NCBI GenBank assembly: GCA_047459655.1
Contig: JAJREF010000003.1
Coordinates: 128,001-192,000 of the forward strand
DNA length: 64,000 bases
From: Rhabdochlamydiaceae bacterium
Lineage (GTDB): Bacteria; Chlamydiota; Chlamydiia; Chlamydiales; Rhabdochlamydiaceae
Reading direction: 5' to 3'
Part shown: positions 43,030 to 55,171 of the stretch, piece by piece
How the letters are laid out: each line of letters starts with the position of its first letter
How positions within the stretch are numbered: position 1 is the stretch's first letter
Translations under genes and position numbers: made by a program
The notes under the pieces: model-generated
What the model was told of the DNA's origin: nothing
The model's database searches: none
The model's input: the letters and a program-made list of their open reading frames with translations, nothing else

Positions 43030-46000
43030 TTATTTCAATACGCTGCAGGTGATTTTTTCGAGTTCTTGGGGTGTAGTAATTTTTTTAAGAGAATGGGTTT
43101 CTTTGAGAAGCTCTTTGCCCTGGTGCTTTTCTGTAGAAAGGGTGTAAGTGCCGAACTTGAGGAGGGTGTATCGCTTTTGTGAGGCTAAGAGGCGGATGCG
43201 GGCGAGGTGGTAGAGCCAAAGGACAGGGGGAGGGGGCGTCCCGAATCGGTCTTTGAGTTCATCTAAGATGTCATCAATTTCTTGGAGGGTTGAGACTTCT
43301 CCGAGGCGGTGGTAGATTTCAAGGCGGAGGGAGGTTTCCGGAAGGTAGGTGTCAGGGAGGCGGGCGTCATAGGGGAATTCCATTTTAGTCTCATGGAAGG
43401 AGGGGTCTTTGTGGTGCTGAAGAGCTGCCACGGTGCGTTTTAACAGTTTGCAGTAGAGATGGAATCCGATGGAGGCGATGTGGCCTGACTGTTGGATGCC
43501 GAGGATGTCGCCAGCTCCGCGCATTTCTAGATCGCGCAGAGCAATCTTCATGCCACCGCCGTAACCTTGTGACTCTACGAGCGCGTGGAGACGTTTTAAG
43601 GAGTGCTCTGTGAGGGTTTTTCCCTTGGGGGTAAGGAAGTATGTATAGGCAGGTCGATTCCATCTGCCGACTCTGCCACGGAGTTGGTAGAGGTCTGCGA
43701 TGCCAAATTGGTCGGCTCTATCGATGAGGATCGTATTGGCATTCGGGATGTCGATCCCATTTTCAATGATCGTTGTAGAGAGAAGGATATCTGCTTCTCC
43801 TGATTTAAAAGCATGGAATACGGTATCTAGTTCGTCTGCTGACATCTGTCCATGACCTATGACAATTTTGGCTTCCGGCAAGAGTTTTTTCAGATCTTCT
43901 CCTATTTGGTGGATCGATTCGACTCTGTTGTGAATAAAAAACGCTTGTCCATCACGAGATAGTTCTCTGACAAGGGCATTTTGAATGACGCCGGGGTCTC
44001 GTTCTGCAATGATGCTTTTGATGGGAAGGCGATCTTGTGGTGGAGTGCTGATGATGGAGATTTCACGGGCCCCCACAAGAGAGAGGTAAAGCGTACGGGG
44101 TATGGGTGTTGCTGTGAGTGTGATGCAGTCAACACCCGTCTTAAGGGTTTTGAGGTGTTCTTTTGCTCTGACGCCAAAGCGTTGCTCTTCATCAATGATG
44201 ATAAGGCCTAGATTTTGGAAGGAGACATCTTTGCTGATGATTCGATGAGTGCCAACAAGGATATCGACTTTGCCCTCTGCTGTCATCTTAATGGTGTCTT
44301 TGATTTCCTTAGGTGTTTGAAAGCGAGAAAGGACGCGGATAATGAGAGGGTAATTGGTTAGTCTTTCACAAAAAGTTTCAAAGTGTTGGAGGGCAAGTAC
44401 AGTTGTTGGAACAAGGACTGCAACTTGTTTTTTTCCTTCATAGGCAGCTTTAAAGGCTGCTCTTATGGCTACTTCTGTTTTCCCATAGCCAACATCTCCA
44501 CAGATGAGGCGGTCCATTGCCTTAGAAGATTCCATATCTTTTTTAATGGCAGATATGGCTTGGAGTTGATCTTCTGTTTCGACATAGGGGAAATCTGCTT
44601 CGAACTGCTCCATGTCAATGGTGTCGGGGGGGTAAGAAAATCCTCCATGGAGGGTTCTTTCGGCGCTAAGGCGGAGGAGATCTTGAGCATAACCGATGAT
44701 AGCGGTGTGGGCTTTTGCTTTTGTGTTTTGCCAATTTTTTGTTCCCAGCGTATGGAGTGAAGGGATCTCTTCATGCGCTCCAATGTACCTGCTGACAAGG
44801 TAAGATTGCGCAATTGGTACAAAGAGTTTGCTTTTCTCTGCATACTCAAGCACTAGGAATTCTGTTTCGCTACCTGTGTGGTTTTTTTGCTTTTCGATGC
44901 CAAGATATTTCCCAATACCATGTTGAAAATGGACAATCAGATCTCCGGGAATAAGTTCATGGAAGTCAGAGGCTGGCGTGTGGTGGGTAGAGCGCCATTT
45001 TTCCCTCCTCACTTTATAGCGGTGAGTGAACTCAGTCATCGGGATTATCAAGGTGTTGCTGTCTGCAAGCGCAAAGCCAGAGGAGAGGTACCCTCTTTCA
45101 AATAGCGCTCCTTTTGGAAGGGCGATTTTTTCTTGGAGAGATTTTTCTTCCGATTCGGTTGCACAAACAAAGTGTATATCAAGGTTAAGTGTTCGGTTTA
45201 GTGCTCTGTCAGCCTTTAAATGAGGAATTGGATCGCGCGAAAGCTCCCGGGATTGAGTTGTCGAAGAGGGTGGGTGTATTCCGTCAATACTACCTCCCTC
45301 TTCGACAATCTCAATCTCGGGGCTTTGGCGCAGATTCAATCCCTCATTTAAAGGCTGACAGAGCACTAGATTAGGCAGGTAGCCCTGGACGGGAAGGAAG
45401 GGATGTTTCCACCTTTTGGAGGTGATGGTTCTCTTGAAGATCTCAAAGGTAAGGGGTTGGAGAGGGTTTTTACCGGAATAAAAGTCTCTCCCGACTTTTT
45501 CAGAGATTTGGATGTCGGTAAGATCGCTTAAAGGTTCTTTTGTCCAATAGAGGCACTGCTTTTTTTCAGCCATTTTTAAGAGATCCTCAAAGAGGAGAAA
45601 AAACTTGGAGGAGGAGAGTTTTTGTAGGGCAATCGATCTATCTTCAAGCGCGAGTAAGTCATCGAATATGAGTAGGGTATCTTCTGGCATGAATGAAAGG
45701 AGTGTGGAGAGATGGGGCTCTTTTTTTAGAAGTTCTAGTTCTCCTGCAGGTGATAAAAAAGGGAAGAGACTTTGCCTGTCGATTTTTGTCCAATCGGATC
45801 AAAAGTGCGGATCGACTCGAGGGTGTCTCCAAAGAAATCGAGTCTATAAGGATCGGTAGAGGCAAGAGGAAATACGTCGATAATACCGCCGCGCACAGCA
45901 AATTCCCCTTTATCTGCGACAACGGGGCTTCGTTTATACCCGAGGGTGGATAAGAGATCAGGAAGGGAAGAGAAGGGGAGAGTATCTCCTATTTTCCAAG

Positions 46001-46400
46001 TGTGTAAGAGAGGCTTTAGGGTGTTAGGAGAGAGGGTTTTTTGGAGTATGGCTTGTAGCGAGGTGAGCAAAATTGTAGGGGAGTTTGTCGAGAGAAGATG
46101 GTGGAGAATCTGAAACCGTTTTCCTACGATATCGGGGCTGGGGACGATCTCTTCCCCAGGGAGCGTTTCCCACGAGGGAAAATCAGAAACATCTGTGAGC
46201 TCAAAATAAGGGCAGTCGTCTAGAATCTTACTCTCTCGAGATTCTGCCGTGATCAAGAGAACACTTTTTTTGTAGCGCTTGCAATCAACTGGAGAAGGGC
46301 TGCTTTGGGAGCATCCCATAGGCCTTCAATCACAAGAGAGTGTTCTTGTGGGATCAGGGTGCTGAGTTTTTCAAGAGAAGGGCTATTAAATAGCTTGCAC
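43030..46400 (-). CDS. mfd: Transcription-repair coupling factor (5' frameshifts, start approximate; carries an in-frame 56-aa palindromic insertion)
   Basis: [62 protein letters not shown]. Confidence 0.95.
45199..45368. mobile_element. Palindromic MITE/RPE-like element inserted in frame in mfd (family B)
   Basis: 27-bp perfect terminal inverted repeat TAGTGCTCTGTCAGCCTTTAAATGAGG. The whole element folds back on itself, and the flanking TA(G) copies are 168 bp apart. Confidence 0.9.
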
Positions 46401-48971
46401 GAGTTGTTTTGCTTTTTCAAAGGCTTGTTCTATCCCTTCAGGCTGTTTTCCTCCGGCTTGTGCAGAGTCGGCTTTCCCTCCACCTGAGCCTCCGATGAGA
46501 GGAGCTATTTGTTTAATGATTTTTACGGCCTCGATTCCTTTTTTGACAAGATCGGGACTGACTTTTACAAGCAATTGGCAGCGGTCTTGAGCTTTAATCG
46601 CAAGTAAGAGAACAGAGCTCTCTTTTTTATACATGAGATCCTCAGATAGAAGAGGGAGCTCATCTGCATTGGCAGTCACAATGGTGGCAAGAAATGAGAT
46701 AGAGCCTACAGAAACGGTTTTTTGCAAGAGGGTATGAGACATCTCTTTGAGAGCAAGGCGTCTTGCTGCTTTAAACTGTTGGAGGAGCTCTTTGTGTTTT
46801 TCTTGTTCTTCGAGGATTTTTTTCTCTAACTCTTGTTCTTTATGACGGACGAGATCTTCAGCACCTTTGCCTGTGACGGCTTCAATTCTACGAACACCAG
46901 CTGCAATGCTAGATTCTTTGGCAATCCGAAAATAGCCAATAGTGCCTGTTCTTGAGGTGTGCGTACCCCACAGAGTTCTTTGCAAAAGAGATATCGATCA
47001 CGCGGACGGAGGAGCCATACTTGTCTCCGAAAAATTGCTTGATGTCAGGGCGTTTTTGTGCATCTTCATAGGAGAGTTCATAAGTATCGACAGCCACATC
47101 TTCTCTGATTTTTGCATTGACAAGATCTTCAATGTGCTCAATCTCTGCGTGAGAAAGGGGCTTGTGGTGATTAAAGTCAAAACGTAGGCGTCCCCTTTCT
47201 ACAAGCGAGCCTGCTTGTTGGATATGGGAGCCTAAAACAGTGTGGAGTGCCCAATGAAGAAGGTGTGTAGCGGTGTGGTTATTTTGGATTTCTTTCCGTC
47301 TAACGCCTTCTACTTGTGCATGCACGGCAAGTGAAAGTGAAAAGGAGCCTTTGAGGCATTTCCCTTGGTGCAATATGAGGCCTGGGTAGGGCGATGTACA
47401 ATCTAAGACAGCAAAAAGATGGTCTTTAGAGGAAATAGTCCCTGCATCCCCCACTTGTCCCCCTTTTTCTGGATAGAAAGGAGTTTTCTTCAAGATAAGG
47501 GCACCTTCTTCCCCTTCTTTGATGGTATTTACAAAAGATCCACCAACTAGAATTCCTAAAATGGGGGAATCGGCGGCAAGTTCATGGTAGCCTACAAATT
47601 CTGAGAGACCGTGCTGGCTTGCAAACTCTTTGTAGACGTTATCTTTGACTTCTTGGGTGTGCGCAACATGCGCTGCTTTCGAGGTCTGTTTCGCTTTTTC
47701 TTCGAGATGTCGGTAGGATTCTAAATCAACGCGGAGCCCTGTATCTTTTGCAATGAGAACAATTTCTTCTAGAGGAAAGCCATAGGTGTCTTTTAATTTA
47801 AAGGCCTCATCTCCTGAAATCTCTTTTAAAGGGCTTGCATTTGCTTTTTCGATGACATGGCTTAAGATATTGCCCCCACGCTTGAGAGTGCGTAGGAAAG
47901 ATTCTTCTTCGAGGGTAAGGATTTCAGCGATTCTATTTTGAGATGTGCGTAGCTCAGGGTAATCCTCTCCCATCGTTTCTACAAGGCGGGGGAGTACCTC
48001 TGCCATGAAGGGATCTTGGAGGCCGAGCATTTTTCCATAGCGCACAGCTCTACGTAGAAGTTTTCTAAGGACATATCCTCTTTCGATATTGCTTGGTTGC
48101 GCGCCATCTCCAATTGCAAAAGCAAGAGATCTAATATGATCTGCAATCACATGGAAAGCGGGAGACAAAACAGAGTCATTGAGGTTGTAGGTTTTTTCAC
48201 TGACCTCTTCGATCTTTTGAATGAGACTTTTTAAAATATCGGTTTCAAAGACTGAGTTCACGCCCATCTTTAAAGAGACCACGCGCTCAAGGCCTGCGCC
48301 GGTATCGATCGATTGTTTAGGAAGGGGTGTCATTGTTCCTGCGCTATCGCGATTGAACTGCATGAACACGAGATTCCAAAATTCAAAGAAGCGCTCGCCG
48401 GTGGCATCTTCTTTAGGAGAGAGCGCTTTGCCAAAAGCCGCACCTCTATCATAGAGAAGCTCGGAGCAAGGTCCGCAAGGGCCTGTTTCTCCCATGGCCC
48501 AGAAGTTATCTTTTTCTCCTAAGCGCACAATTCTAGCTTCCGGAACAATTCCTTTCCAAATCTCAAAGGCTTCATCATCGGTTTCAAAATCGTGGGCCAA
48601 ATTTTGCCAGGATCAAGTCCAAACACTTCTGTTGCAACTTCCCATGCGTAGGGGATTGCTTCTTTTTTAAAGTAGTCTCCAAAAGAAAAATTGCCGAGCA
48701 TTTCAAAAAAAGTCAGGTGGCGGCTTGTGTGTCCTACGTTATCGAGGTCGTTGTGCTTGCCCCCTACGCGGATGCACTTTTGCGAGGTTGTAGCTTTTTT
48801 ATAATCCCGCTCGCTGCTCCCAAGAAAGACATCCTTGAATTGGTTCATCCCTGCATTGGTAAAGAGTAGAGTGGGGTCGTCATGAGGAACAACCGAAGAT
48901 GAGGGGATAACGGCGTGTCCCTTATCCTTGAAGAACTTTAAAAATTTCCGGCGTATTTCTTGTGAGAGCAT
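46386..48971 (-). CDS. alaS: Alanine--tRNA ligase (frameshifts ~48590, ~46975)
   Basis: [65 protein letters not shown]. Confidence 0.96.
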
Positions 48972-49101
48972 TGGAGGTCCTTTTTAAGGAGCTTTGAGGT
49001 CTAAATCCAAATAAATGGCATTCATATAATCCCCCAAAGAACGATCAAAGTATTTTACTACAACTTATCTTAAAGAACTAGAAGAAATAGTATAAGGTTG
49101 T

Positions 49102-49863
49102 TTATTTATCCGATCTGTCAGGGGAAGGCGTTATAAATATACGCCCAACGACATATAGAGAACATCCCAGTCCTATAAAGGTGGCAGTGAGGTTGGTACC
49201 TGATTTAGGGAGCCAAGATAATTTTGTAAAAGCTAAGCCTATAAGGGCCATAAGTATAGGAGAGATTCCAAACTGGAGGACATATTCATATGGCCTGTTT
49301 GTAAGGTCGTTTAAAATTAAGGCTTTTATAATAGCGATAGGTGCCTTACTTAATTGAAAGGCTCCAAAAAAGATGAGCGCAGCCGTTGCTGTTTTCTTCC
49401 AGGTGCCAATATTGTTGAAGGCAAATGTACCTATAGATGCAAAAGCGATGGCAGATAAAAAATGTCCAAACTTTTCTACTTTATCTTCGCTTGATTGTGG
49501 TAACGTTCCTTGGATATACCTTTTGATTTGTAGGATGGCTACAAGCGCTGTCATGGTGGCAAGAACATGGGATGGTGATAAGGGCAGTCTTCCTATTTGT
49601 TTAAAAAATGGAAGTGCAAGAGCTGTTGTTTTTAGTCTTGTGGGTAGAGAGATAGGCTCTATTAAAAACGCAGCAACGGTTGCTACTTTTCCAAGGAGGT
49701 TACCGGTAAAAACGCAATAGTGATGTGTTTTTGTAGGTGCCCTATTGCCTGCTGCCCAGGGGATGGTTGCGAGGAAAGCCCAAGATACGAGTAAATGTGA
49801 AACAGGCGCCTCCGCTAGAAAGTGCGCATATTGCATGAAGGGCTGTACAGATACTCCGTTCAT
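49102..49863 (-). CDS. Hypothetical polytopic membrane protein
   Basis: 253-aa ORF with about 7 hydrophobic segments; no motif recognised. Confidence 0.6.
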   Translation of the reverse strand: MNGVSVQPFMQYAHFLAEAPVSHLLVSWAFLATIPWAAGNRAPTKTHHYCVFTGNLLGKVATVAAFLIEPISLPTRLKTTALALPFFKQIGRLPLSPSHVLATMTALVAILQIKRYIQGTLPQSSEDKVEKFGHFLSAIAFASIGTFAFNNIGTWKKTATAALIFFGAFQLSKAPIAIIKALILNDLTNRPYEYVLQFGISPILMALIGLAFTKLSWLPKSGTNLTATFIGLGCSLYVVGRIFITPSPDRSDK

Positions 49864-50012
49864 ATAAAGCTTATAATATTAGTAATTCCACAGAAGATTT
49901 TACGCGCGACTAGACTTAAAATGCTAGAAAAAATCTAGGAGATCTTATTTTCCTTGCTGAATTATCTGATGTAGAGTCAAAATCGATACAATCATAAATT
50001 TTAGGAGTAAAA

Positions 50013-52013
50013 ATGGATGCCACATTAAAAAAAGAGTTAGGAGAAATTGCCAATACTATTCGTGAACTATCAATAGAAGCTGTGCAAAAAGCTAATTCTG
50101 GGCATCCCGGCCTCCCTATGGGGTGTGCCGAATTTGGAGCCTATCTATATGGGTGTCTTCTAAAATTTAACCCTAAAAATCCTAAATGGTTGAATAGAGA
50201 TAGATTTGTATTGTCAGCAGGGCATGGATCGATGTTTCTTTATTCCTGCTTGCATCTTGCAGGGTATGCGCTTTCAATGGACGATATTAAGCGATTTCGT
50301 CAGCTTCATTCCAAAACACCGGGGCATCCAGAGTTCGGTTTGACAGAAGGTGTGGAGGCCACGACAGGTCCCCTGGGTCAAGGTGTTGGCAATGCTGTCG
50401 GGCAAGCACTCGGACTTAAGATTTTAGCTAAAAAATTCAATACGAGGGAATTCGAGCTTTTAAATAGCAAGGTGTATTGCCTTGCAGGAGATGGATGCAT
50501 CATGGAAGGAGTTTCTGCAGAAGCCTCTTCTTTGGCGGGTCATCTCCAGCTAGATAATCTTGTTCTTATCTATGATTCCAATAAAATTACCTTGGACGGA
50601 CATTTGAATGAATCCTGTTCAGAAGACACGAAGATGCGTTATAAGGCATATGGGTGGGATGTCTACGAAGTTGATGGATATGATTTTGATAAGATGGATG
50701 AGGTGTTTAAGGTTATCCAAAATACGCAAAAAAAACCTTGTCTTGTGATTTTACATACGATCATTGGAAAGGGATCGCCCAATAAAGCAGGAACTTCTAA
50801 AGTTCATGGATCTCCCCTTGGAATGGAAGAGGTCTTAGCAACTAAAAAGGCGCTAGGTCTTCCTGAGGAACCATTTTATGTGCCTCAGCCAGTCCGAGCT
50901 TTTTTCAATCAACAGGGCGCTAAAAATCTTGCCAAAGAAGCGGCATGGAATGAGTTGTTCAGGGTGTGGGCAAAAACCAATCCTGCACTCGAAAAAGATT
51001 TTAATCAAATGGTGAAAAAAGAGCTCCCTGCCGATTTGGAAAGCAAGTTACAAGCTATTGCGATGAAGACGCCTTTAGCGGGAAGGAGCGCTTCTCAAAC
51101 AGTTGTTGAATTTTTAGGATTAGAACTACCCCAAATTTACGGAGGTTCTGCTGATCTTTCTTGCTCTGATTTAACAATGATGAAAAAATTTGATATCATT
51201 GGACCTGGAGAGTTTAAAGGACGTAATATTAAATACGGTGTGAGAGAGTTTGCTATGGGTGCAATTGCAACAGGGCTCTATGATACCCAGATGATTACAC
51301 CTTTTGTGGGGACCTTTTTCACATTTTCTGACTACATGCGTAATGCTATTCGGCTGGCAGCTCTTTCTAAAGCTCAAGTGATTTATCAGTTTACACATGA
51401 CTCTGTTTTTCTAGGAGAAGATGGCCCTACGCATCAACCGATTGAACAATTAGCAGGGTTAAGGGCGATGCCAAGACTCCAGGTCATTAGGCCAGCAGAT
51501 AACAATGAAGTCAAAATGGCGTGGCTTGCGGCTCTCAAATACAAGGGCCCTACAGCGATTGTGCTATCTAGGCAAGCATTACCAGAGCTTCCTGAAACAG
51601 CCGTTCCTTATATTGAGGGAATGGGAAGGGGTGCTTATATCGTCAAAAAAGAAACCACATCTCCCCGTTTTATAATTTTTGCTACAGGATCTGAAGTCTC
51701 TTTAGCAATCGAAGTCGCCTCTGCCCTTCATAAGAGGGGGCAAGCTGCGCGCGTGGTTTCTATGCCTTGCTGGAAGCTTTTCGAAGAGCAAGATCAAGCC
51801 TATAAAGATTCTGTGTTAGGTCCGAAAGAAAGCATCAAGGTTAGCATAGAAGCTGCAGCCACCTTTGGTTGGCAAAAATGGGTAGGGCTTGAAGGGCTTG
51901 CAATTGGTATCGATATGTTTGGAGAATCAGCTCCTCAGAGCGATTTGGAATCAGAATTTGGTTTTACGGTAGACGCGATTTTAGATCGTTTACATATGTT
52001 TTCGAGAGGCTAA
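50013..52013 (+). CDS. tkt: Transketolase
   Basis: SGHPGLPMG, TTGPLGQG, GDGCIMEG, GVREFAM, THDS..LGEDGPTHQP. Confidence 0.97.
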   Translation: MDATLKKELGEIANTIRELSIEAVQKANSGHPGLPMGCAEFGAYLYGCLLKFNPKNPKWLNRDRFVLSAGHGSMFLYSCLHLAGYALSMDDIKRFRQLHSKTPGHPEFGLTEGVEATTGPLGQGVGNAVGQALGLKILAKKFNTREFELLNSKVYCLAGDGCIMEGVSAEASSLAGHLQLDNLVLIYDSNKITLDGHLNESCSEDTKMRYKAYGWDVYEVDGYDFDKMDEVFKVIQNTQKKPCLVILHTIIGKGSPNKAGTSKVHGSPLGMEEVLATKKALGLPEEPFYVPQPVRAFFNQQGAKNLAKEAAWNELFRVWAKTNPALEKDFNQMVKKELPADLESKLQAIAMKTPLAGRSASQTVVEFLGLELPQIYGGSADLSCSDLTMMKKFDIIGPGEFKGRNIKYGVREFAMGAIATGLYDTQMITPFVGTFFTFSDYMRNAIRLAALSKAQVIYQFTHDSVFLGEDGPTHQPIEQLAGLRAMPRLQVIRPADNNEVKMAWLAALKYKGPTAIVLSRQALPELPETAVPYIEGMGRGAYIVKKETTSPRFIIFATGSEVSLAIEVASALHKRGQAARVVSMPCWKLFEEQDQAYKDSVLGPKESIKVSIEAAATFGWQKWVGLEGLAIGIDMFGESAPQSDLESEFGFTVDAILDRLHMFSRG

Positions 52014-52971
52014 TGGAGGATTTATTTTTAAGCGCGCTTAGATGTGAAAATACCCATCGACCACCTGTTTGGTTCATGCGGCAAGCAGGGCGTTTTCTCC
52101 CAGAGTATAGGAAAATGCGGCAGTTGCATTCCCTGAGCGATCTTTTTCATACACCTCACCTTGCTGCGCAAGTTACACGACTTCCCATAGATATTCTTCA
52201 TGTCGATGCAGCTATTTTATTTTCTGATATTTTAGTCATAACAGAAGTGTTTGGATACGAAGTTGTTTTTCCTTTAAAGGGAGGGGTCGAGATGCGTCCT
52301 CCTGCAAGTAAAACACGTTTAAATACACGAGAAACACTGCACTATGTAGACTCCACCATTCGGCTTTTGAAGCCAACTTTAAAAGTTCCTTTGATCGGAT
52401 TTTGCGGAGGCCCTTATACCGTTGCAAAATATATGGGACAAATCAACCACCCGATGTTAGAGCAAATCACTGAAGCAACGATTGAATATTTATTCATGCA
52501 GATTAAAGCGGGTGTGGATGCCCTTCAGATTTTTGACTCTTGGGCAGGGCTATTAGAGCCTGAGTCTTTTACTTCTTTAGCAATGCCTTATTTGCAAAAA
52601 ATTGTAGAGGCTGTGCGCCCTACAGGTATTCCAGTGATTCTTTTTCTAGAGGGTCGTGCAAGTTTAAAAAAGAACTGATCTCTCTCAACCCGCAGGCAAT
52701 TAGTTTTGATTGGGAGGAGGAGATTTCCTCCCTGCGGAAGCAAACACCTTCCCACATTGCTATCCAGGGGAACCTTAACCCCGATATTTTTAAAGGATCT
52801 CCGGTGCAATTAGAAAGTAAGGTTCTAGAAATTTTAGAATCGATGGAAGGGGAAAAAGGTTTTATTTTTAACTTAGGCCACGGAGTTCTTCCAGAGACAC
52901 CCGTGGAAAATGCTCTTTTGACCGTAAATACAGTATTAAAATTTAAGAAATACGGTAGACCTCTTGCATAA
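52013..52971 (+). CDS. hemE: Uroporphyrinogen decarboxylase (frameshift ~52650)
   Basis: PVWFMRQAGR, AAILFSDIL, IGFCGGP.T, QIFDSW, IQGNL, FIFNLGHG. Confidence 0.93.
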
Positions 52972-53080
52972 TTAAGATTCTATCGATTTTATTGTTCTTT
53001 TGAGCCGATTTCTCATTGGAATGGGAAATCGACCAAAATAATCAATAAAATCGACGAATCCTTAATGCGCAAGAGGTCTA
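52956..53080. repeat. Palindromic element (family A), 125 bp, overlapping the 3' end of hemE
   Basis: Termini TAGACCTCTTGC...GCAAGAGGTCTA; internal arms TCGATTTTATTG / CAATAAAATCGA and CGATTTCTCATT / AATGGGAAATCG. Confidence 0.9.
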
Positions 53081-53164
53081 GTGATAAGATTCAAGAGGAA
53101 AGATATAGACGTTGGGCACTAAAGCGCCCCGCGTCTATATCTTTTTCTTATCTTATAAATTAAA

Positions 53165-53199
53165 TAAAAAAGGCCCTTTTCCCTAAGGGAAAGAGCCTT
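53165..53199 (-). terminator. Intrinsic terminator of the nucleotide translocase gene
   Basis: Minus strand AAGGCTCTTTCCC-TTA-GGGAAAAGGGCC followed by a T-run. Confidence 0.65.
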
Positions 53200-53228
53200 C
53201 GTGTTCAATGAACTAACTCTATGTGAGA

Positions 53229-54818
53229 TTAGCTTTGTTGAACGGTTTCTTTGGACACGACAACGGGCTCTTCTGCTTTTGCAAGAGCTGCTGCTTTTGC
53301 CTGCTCATCTTTCTCAGCGTTCAGCTTTGTGAACTGTTTACTGAGAGATTTCGCGGCTGCAAGCCAAGCGAAAATGATGAAGAAGGAAATAGCTGCTACG
53401 TAAGGTGTGATCGCTGCTAGAGAGCCAAAGCCTATGATAAGCCCTTGGTTGATGAAGGCGCCGCCTGATTTACCAAGGCGAGCTCCTACAACGTCAATTG
53501 CCGCTTTACCTTTCACTTTAGCTTCTTGATCGAGAGGGATGTAGGCCATCTCTTTGGTTGGGTCAAATAAAGAATATTTAGTTGACTTGCTCATGATGTT
53601 TTGGATCATCCCGAAGACTACAGCTAGCATGAGGGGTGTTGTTCCTAGCATGCTGATCATTCCTGCGAGGTTATCTCTGAAGATTACGAACGCAAAGAAT
53701 CCCACACCTGTAATGAGAAGAACAAGCGGCGTGATTGAGGCTGCTGTTCCCCATCCAAATCGTCGGATGATTGGACCGCTAAGAAGGAGTAGAATCAGAG
53801 TGATAGCTCCTGTGAATGTGGAGAGGTATCCCATGAAACCCATGTAATCACTTGAATCAGGGTACTGAAGCTTCAGCTGTCCTTTCCAGGTTACTTCTAC
53901 GAGGTTAATCGCAATTCCGTATGCAAGAACGAGTGTTGCAATGCATAGAACATATTTTGATTTAGCAAGGTAACCAAAGCTTTCTTTGAGAGATAAAGAA
54001 GGCTTTTCTTTCTTTGATTTCTTCACTTCTGAAGGATCAAAGAAGCGCGGATCTGTAAGCACGTTTTTGTTCATCCAGCGGTAAATAGCCATCACGAGGA
54101 GCCCTGATGTTACAACGGCAATGAGCAAATAGTTAAGAGAAACAGCCCAATGATCGACTCCAGGAGCTACGCGGTCTTTCATGCCGCAAAGGTAAATAAT
54201 CGCAGGACCTGAGGCTAACATCGCGATGTTTGCGCCAATTCCAAATAAAGAGTAGAAACGCTTAGATTCAGATACTTTTGTGATGTCGTTTGCAAATCCC
54301 CAGAAAAGGAGAGAGGTGGCAACGCTACCCCAAAGCTCTGACATAATGTAAAATAGTGCGAATGTCCAGTTTCTGAAGATAGAAATCAACCCACTAAACC
54401 CTTGTGGTAGGAAAGCCTGTAGTTTGTCTGCAGCGCTATCTGGATGAAGAGCATCGTGAAAAGGATATAGGATCAAACCAAATACGGCAAAAAATGCAAG
54501 AAATGTACTGATCATGACATAGAATAAGCGAGGCTTGCTGAGAAAGTTGCTTAGCTTAGAGTATACAAGCATGAAGACAACAGCCATTGGCAATACGCCC
54601 CAAACTTTTAGAAAAGGAATGGCTTCAGCGCCGGCAGACCCTGAGGCAGTAGCAACGATCAAGGTGTCTTTCATATCTCTTAAAATGGTGTAGTTAAAAT
54701 TGATAAAAAAGAACATGAGAAGCATGGGAATCAATTTTTTTAATTCGAAAGCATGGACTGGCCAAAAGAAAGACCGCCATTTGCCAAACTCAGATTTCGG
54801 GGCCGTTGAAATAGACAT
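53229..54818 (-). CDS. npt1: ATP/ADP translocase (Npt1/TLC family)
   Basis: NYTILRDMKD, ELWGS...FWGFANDIT, INLVEVTWK, KYSLFDPTKEMAYIPLD, KGKAAIDVVGARLGKSGG. Confidence 0.93.
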   Translation of the reverse strand: MSISTAPKSEFGKWRSFFWPVHAFELKKLIPMLLMFFFINFNYTILRDMKDTLIVATASGSAGAEAIPFLKVWGVLPMAVVFMLVYSKLSNFLSKPRLFYVMISTFLAFFAVFGLILYPFHDALHPDSAADKLQAFLPQGFSGLISIFRNWTFALFYIMSELWGSVATSLLFWGFANDITKVSESKRFYSLFGIGANIAMLASGPAIIYLCGMKDRVAPGVDHWAVSLNYLLIAVVTSGLLVMAIYRWMNKNVLTDPRFFDPSEVKKSKKEKPSLSLKESFGYLAKSKYVLCIATLVLAYGIAINLVEVTWKGQLKLQYPDSSDYMGFMGYLSTFTGAITLILLLLSGPIIRRFGWGTAASITPLVLLITGVGFFAFVIFRDNLAGMISMLGTTPLMLAVVFGMIQNIMSKSTKYSLFDPTKEMAYIPLDQEAKVKGKAAIDVVGARLGKSGGAFINQGLIIGFGSLAAITPYVAAISFFIIFAWLAAAKSLSKQFTKLNAEKDEQAKAAALAKAEEPVVVSKETVQQS

Positions 54819-55171
54819 TATATGTTATCCTTTAGACATTAAATTGGTTAATCTTCCTTGGCACAACAGGCCAAGATTTTTTTCTTAAACATTTACCTGA
54901 GGCATGTCCATCATTCCCTATCAAGGGGTTAAAAAACAAAAGCCTGAGATAGAGTTCTCTTTTAGAGAATGCTATTACACATCTCCATTAGAGGAAGTGA
55001 TTTTATCAGATTCATAAGATAAAATTCAATAAGAACCTGTCCGAATGATAAGGTTTTATCGATTTTTTGATTACTCACCTTATGCAAAAAAATCTATGGT
55101 ATTATTACTGCGATAGGTCGAAGAAATTGAAAAAAACCGCTTTTAGATAAAATTTTAAAAGCGGTAAGAAT

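Noticed and set aside
45189..45374. Plus-strand 61-aa ORF as a separate gene
   Set aside because: It is the mirror reading frame of the palindromic insertion in mfd.
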